Of a stretch of 64,000 bases of DNA, positions 59,823-64,000 are shown one piece after another. This DNA comes from Acidobacteriota bacterium (lineage in GTDB: Bacteria; Acidobacteriota; UBA6911; RPQK01; JAJDTT01), in NCBI GenBank assembly GCA_965217775.1, contig CBDCJH010000002.1:1952001-2016000 (forward strand). The letters are read 5' to 3'. The position numbers and the translations under genes are program-made. How positions within the stretch are numbered: position 1 is the stretch's first letter; each line of letters begins with the position of its first letter. The notes below the pieces were generated by a model. It was not told where the DNA came from. It ran no database searches and saw only the letters and a list, made by a program, of their open reading frames with translations.

Positions 59823-60609
59823 CGGGCCCGCCTTCGGCGACGGGTTGAGTCAGTTGCGCTTCACCGTCGCCGCCCCCCGCTTCCGCCGCTGCCTTCGCGG
59901 CTTCCTTGGCTTCGTATTCCGCTACCCTGCACATGGCGTCCTTCCGTGCGAGGACAAGGGCGGCGAGAATGCTCTCGTTCGATGGTTCCCCTTCCGGAAA
60001 TCTCCACGGCTGCTCTGTCATTTGTTGCCTCCCGACATCTGTGGTTCGTTGCCTGGGGCCTGATGGCCGCCACTTCGTGCCCGGCTCGCGGACTGCATTC
60101 CATTCCTCGGACTCCGCCAGCAGAACCGGAACCTCGCCGGAATTGTCGTACACCCGCCAGTCGTCCACAACCTTCCGGTAAAGGTCGCGCAAGTTCCTCC
60201 AACTCCGCTCGAAGCGCCGGCGGATCACGGGCTCGGGAATGTGGTGCCCTCCTTCGCGAACGCGCCGGGCGACACGCGCAACGGAGTGATCGGCGCTCGG
60301 CATCCGAAGGTAGATGATGGAAACCCGATATCCCGAGGCTTGCCAGCGCCGGATCCGTTTGGCGTAGGCTCTGCCACTGAGCGTGGTCTCGGTTGCGAAA
60401 TCTTCGCCGCGCGCGACGTGGGCCTCCATCTCGCGCAACGCCAACCTCCCCGCCTTCTGCGCAACGGCGGCGGGGTCGTATGGACGCAGCTTTGCGGCGA
60501 TGTCGTCACCGTTCACGAAACATCGCCGATCCCCTTCGCGCTTCAGGTAGCGCCGTGCAAACGTCGTCTTGCCGGCTCCGTTCGGACCCGCGATTACGAG
60601 GATCTTCAT
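59812..60609 (-). CDS. Zeta-toxin-like P-loop ATPase (COG4185-type) with C-terminal extension
   Basis: IAGPNGAGKTT, FVNGDDIA, ETTLSG, RVREGGHHIPE, VYDNS; AGGAG RBS before ATG 60609. Confidence 0.88.
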   Translation of the reverse strand: MKILVIAGPNGAGKTTFARRYLKREGDRRCFVNGDDIAAKLRPYDPAAVAQKAGRLALREMEAHVARGEDFATETTLSGRAYAKRIRRWQASGYRVSIIYLRMPSADHSVARVARRVREGGHHIPEPVIRRRFERSWRNLRDLYRKVVDDWRVYDNSGEVPVLLAESEEWNAVREPGTKWRPSGPRQRTTDVGRQQMTEQPWRFPEGEPSNESILAALVLARKDAMCRVAEYEAKEAAKAAAEAGGGDGEAQLTQPVAEGGPVGG

Positions 60610-60762
60610 GTCGCTTCTCCTGAAAAAGCGGCGTCGGCGGTCCGATCTTGCGACCTGGCGAGGATCAGAGGGTGGACCGAGGAGCCATGGTAGCGCCGAC
60701 CCACGGGCCAATCCAAGGCTGAACGAGACTCGCGCATGCGTCAGAAGATCGAGAGCGCCTCG

Positions 60763-62187
60763 TCAGCTTCGCACACGTCGCTGGGCGCGGATGCGGCCGA
60801 GAAGAACGGACGCTGGCTCGTCGGCGGGGTCCTGGGAGACCAGGCGGCCCTCGAAGGCGCGCTTGAGGATGGACTGGCGGAGGGCGGTGGCGCGTGTGTG
60901 AGCCCTCTTAAGGAGGGTTTCCTGCTTGGCGCAGTCCCTCAATCGCTTGTCAACCTCCGTCGCGATCACGCGTTGCTCCGGGAGGGGTGGCACAGCGACG
61001 TGGAGAGACAATACCTCGGGAAAGTAAATCGTGGTGTGCGTAGACCCCTTACCGAACTTTCGTAGCGCTTTCGGATCCGCGAGAAAGACGATCTGCAGCC
61101 ACTTGGTGTCCAAGCCCTCGGTACAGATCCAATTTACGAAGTCCTGGCTCGTTGCCATTGGCCGACCAAGCACTACCACATATCCAACCGAGGCAGTCCG
61201 GCTGAGACAAACCGTATTGGCTGGGAGGAGACGCGCCGCCGAGTTTGCGAGCCCGGCTTCGTTGGTCATTTGCAGGGTCTTGTGGATCGTGCCGCCGTGA
61301 TGCGCTCTCGCGTCCTTGATGCCAACCCACGGGACATCTCCATCCCACCAGTCTGGCCGCCGCCGACTCGGCGTGTGACCGCTCTCCAGTCTTGCCAGGT
61401 CTACCAAGGGTGCCCAGCACCAAGAGCTTGGAAGGGGTAGCCCGGTGGCTCCCAATGACAATGCTGAGTGGCCTGCGACCACACCTCTGAATCTAGTGCC
61501 GTAGCGGTTGGGACGCTGGGGTGTCGGCGTCCTCTTCACGAGTTCCTCGCCGGTCTCGCCGGGTGGGTTCTCGCTACGCCAACGCTCAGTCAGCCTGCCC
61601 TCGACCGCCGCCTTCAGGACGGACGCGCGGTAGCGCTCCAGGTTGGCCTGCGCCCGCCGGATCGCGGCCACGGCCTCGTCCAGCTTCGCGAACAGCGACT
61701 CGAACTTCGCAACGATTCGGTGCTGCTCGGGGAGCGGCGCGAGGGGGATGCGCTGTTTCAGGAACTCATCTTCACGGGCAGACGGTGGACTTGTTCCGTA
61801 GGTCGGCACTTCGCCGATGAACGAATCCCGCAAGACTTGATGGAACAGGAAGCGGGACGCCACAGCACCATTTGATCTCAACACGCAGAAGGCGGTGGAT
61901 GCCACTTGACCGTGGAGCTCGGGTGGAACGAGTGCGACGTTCCGCAGATATGGTCTGACGAGGCAGAACAGCACATCGTCATTCCTGACGAGCCGTCTCG
62001 CCCGCGAGGGGGCGCGCCTGCTCGCCAAATGCCGTGCTAGACCGACGCGATTATGGACATTGTCCACGGCTTTGACGTCGATATAACAAAACGACTTGCT
62101 GCCGTCGGTTCGAGGGTTACGCGTCTCCTTCGGTTCAATCACCTCTCCCAACTCCACCTCCACCCACCCCTCCGGCAGCTCCCTCAC
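60763..62187 (-). CDS. hsdS: Type I R-M specificity subunit
   Basis: LPEGWVEVELGE; two TRDs each followed by P(L/P)LPEQ..I; LRQSILKRAFEGRLV. Confidence 0.93.
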   Translation of the reverse strand: MRELPEGWVEVELGEVIEPKETRNPRTDGSKSFCYIDVKAVDNVHNRVGLARHLASRRAPSRARRLVRNDDVLFCLVRPYLRNVALVPPELHGQVASTAFCVLRSNGAVASRFLFHQVLRDSFIGEVPTYGTSPPSAREDEFLKQRIPLAPLPEQHRIVAKFESLFAKLDEAVAAIRRAQANLERYRASVLKAAVEGRLTERWRSENPPGETGEELVKRTPTPQRPNRYGTRFRGVVAGHSALSLGATGLPLPSSWCWAPLVDLARLESGHTPSRRRPDWWDGDVPWVGIKDARAHHGGTIHKTLQMTNEAGLANSAARLLPANTVCLSRTASVGYVVVLGRPMATSQDFVNWICTEGLDTKWLQIVFLADPKALRKFGKGSTHTTIYFPEVLSLHVAVPPLPEQRVIATEVDKRLRDCAKQETLLKRAHTRATALRQSILKRAFEGRLVSQDPADEPASVLLGRIRAQRRVRS

Positions 62188-64000
62188 GCTGCCAACCTCT
62201 CATTGAGCTCGAACAGCACCGCGTCCAGATCCTCCCCGAAGACCCGGTACACGCCACCCAGACCGCCCCACCGGTTGAACGGCACGTCCTCGAAATCCTC
62301 CCGCTCGATCGCGAGGCTAGACGCGATGTGGTCCTTGATCGCATCCAGCCACCGTCGCTGATCGGACGTGAACTCCTGTCCGCCGTGCGCCTTCTCCTCC
62401 AGCCACGCCCTGTAGCGCGCCTCCACCTGGTCCGCCACGGGAACGAGCGGCTCCTCGGGCCTGAGCGCGTGCTTCACGATCGCCACCAGGTCCACCAGGG
62501 CGCTCCCGCCCCTCCCCTTCACCCGCTCCGGCTCGAGCGCCTCGTAGAGCCGCCAAAGCCCGTCCTCCGGTTTGTGCAGCGCCACGGGCGGACTCCTGAG
62601 CGCGTCCCGAAGCTCCTTCACGTGACCGTAGCGCAGTCCCGCGCGGTAGGGCCGACTGTACAGTATGCGGAGCGCCTCGATCTCTTCCTTGTTCTCTTCG
62701 AGGAATCTCCGGAAGTCGTCCAGCTTGGAGCGCGCGCTTGCGACCGCCGCCTCGCTGTGTCCGAAGTCGAGCAGCACGTCGATGGTGGCCTCGTCGATGA
62801 TCTGGTAGAGGCTCCGGGTGATCTCGACAATCGCCCGCCTGAGCCCGGGCTTGGTCAAGGGCTTGAGCGCCTCGGTCATGCGCTCGCGCTCGACGGCGTC
62901 CAGTTGCTCCGGCGTCGGCTCGTCGTCATCGGCAAGCCCGCACTTCTCCACCGCCGCCTCGTGCGTCGCCTGTGGGTCGATGCTCTCCAGCAACCGCCCG
63001 GTCAGTTCTGCGAGACTCTCTCCGCCCGATTCCCGCGCGATCCGGGCCGCCTGGTTGCCGTCCACCTGCCGGCCCAGCCGCGCCAAGCGCGAGGCCAGGC
63101 TCGACACCAGGTCCGGGTGCACCATCCCCATCGCCGCCATCTGGAGCAGCTTCTTCGTGCTCACCGAGGGCTTGCGCTCCAGCGGTGGCGACACCGTCTT
63201 GTCCCGCTCGCACACGCCCACCGCGTCGACGATCACGAAGTGCGTCTTGTCCTGCGCGTCCGGGGTCACGCTTTGCAGGTCGTCGCGGTCGATGACGCGC
63301 ACCCCGCGCCCCTTCATCTGCTCGAAGTAGCCCGCCGAGTTGACGTTACGCAGGAAGAGGATGCACTCGAGCGGCTTCACGTCGGTGCCGGTCGCAATCA
63401 TGTCCACCGTGACCGCGATGCGCGGGTTGTAGGAATTGCGGAAGCTGCTCAGCAGGTCCTCCGGCAAGGCGCCGGTCGTCTTCGAGGTGATCTTCCGGCA
63501 AAAGTCGTTCCCCTTCCCGAACTCCTCCTTGACGATCTTCACGATATCGTCCGCATGGCTGTCCTGCTTGGCGAAGACGAGGGTCTTGGGAACCTCGGTG
63601 CGCCCCGGGAAGATCTCCTTGAAGAGGCGGTCACGGAAGGTGCGCGCGACAAGCCGAATCTGGTCCGGGGCGACCACGTCGCGATCGAGTTGGTTCGCGG
63701 TGTAAGTGAGATCGTCCTCCAGCTCCGCGAGCGTTGTCTTTCTGGTGCGGCGGTCGCGCTTGGGCACATACTGCCCCGCTTCCACGCTTCCGCCCTCCTC
63801 TGAAATCTTCGTCTTGATGCGATAGACGTCGTAGCCGACGTTGACCCCGTCCGTCACCGCCTTGGTGTGCGAATAGTCCTGCACAACGTTGTTGTGGAAG
63901 AAGCCGATGGTGCGGGGACTCGGGGTCGCCGTCAGACCGGTCAGGAAGGCGTCGAAGTACTCGATCACCTGCCGCCACACGTTGTAGATGGATCGGTGGC
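62184..64000 (-). CDS. hsdR: Type I R-M restriction subunit (partial, runs off window)
   Basis: GLTATP, TVDMIATGTD, EQMKGRG; EcoEI-type C-terminus (DFEDVPFNRWGG). Confidence 0.92.
   Translation of the reverse strand, partial: HRSIYNVWRQVIEYFDAFLTGLTATPSPRTIGFFHNNVVQDYSHTKAVTDGVNVGYDVYRIKTKISEEGGSVEAGQYVPKRDRRTRKTTLAELEDDLTYTANQLDRDVVAPDQIRLVARTFRDRLFKEIFPGRTEVPKTLVFAKQDSHADDIVKIVKEEFGKGNDFCRKITSKTTGALPEDLLSSFRNSYNPRIAVTVDMIATGTDVKPLECILFLRNVNSAGYFEQMKGRGVRVIDRDDLQSVTPDAQDKTHFVIVDAVGVCERDKTVSPPLERKPSVSTKKLLQMAAMGMVHPDLVSSLASRLARLGRQVDGNQAARIARESGGESLAELTGRLLESIDPQATHEAAVEKCGLADDDEPTPEQLDAVERERMTEALKPLTKPGLRRAIVEITRSLYQIIDEATIDVLLDFGHSEAAVASARSKLDDFRRFLEENKEEIEALRILYSRPYRAGLRYGHVKELRDALRSPPVALHKPEDGLWRLYEALEPERVKGRGGSALVDLVAIVKHALRPEEPLVPVADQVEARYRAWLEEKAHGGQEFTSDQRRWLDAIKDHIASSLAIEREDFEDVPFNRWGGLGGVYRVFGEDLDAVLFELNERLAA

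Overview
GC-rich bacterial window, probably Acidobacteria (Oar-type TonB receptor, DUF1501/PSD1 cytochrome pairs, Acidobacteria-type C-terminal domains). The ankyrin protein and heavy IS load hint at a host-associated lineage such as a sponge symbiont; this is inference. All family assignments come from motif recognition by eye, not database searches. Layout: (1) 1-5.8 kb mobile debris: IS1380 remnant, broken Cre-like integrase, orphan IS left end, intact IS1380 with 5-bp TSD. (2) 5.9-18 kb: a tandemly duplicated cytochrome c/PSD1 + DUF1501 module, each copy with a different lower-GC gene in the same slot. (3) 18-26 kb: DinB, exported HNH nuclease, GmrSD-like DUF262/DUF1524, TonB receptor, orphan antitoxin. 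(4) 26-45 kb, mostly core genes: helicase, aldo-keto reductase, ankyrin protein, symporter, murA/murB, eukaryote-type hexokinase, two CehA/McbA hydrolases, nfi. (5) 44.9-55.4 kb island: dioxygenase, two related tyrosine recombinases each with a dif-like site, ISNCY, DUF3800 and IS1182 pseudogenes. (6) Symporter, ferredoxin-domain protein, and a type I R-M operon containing a zeta-like ATPase apparently fused to its small partner. GTAG-type REP-like palindromes recur, often at core/accessory junctions. No rRNA, tRNA or CRISPR array was seen.
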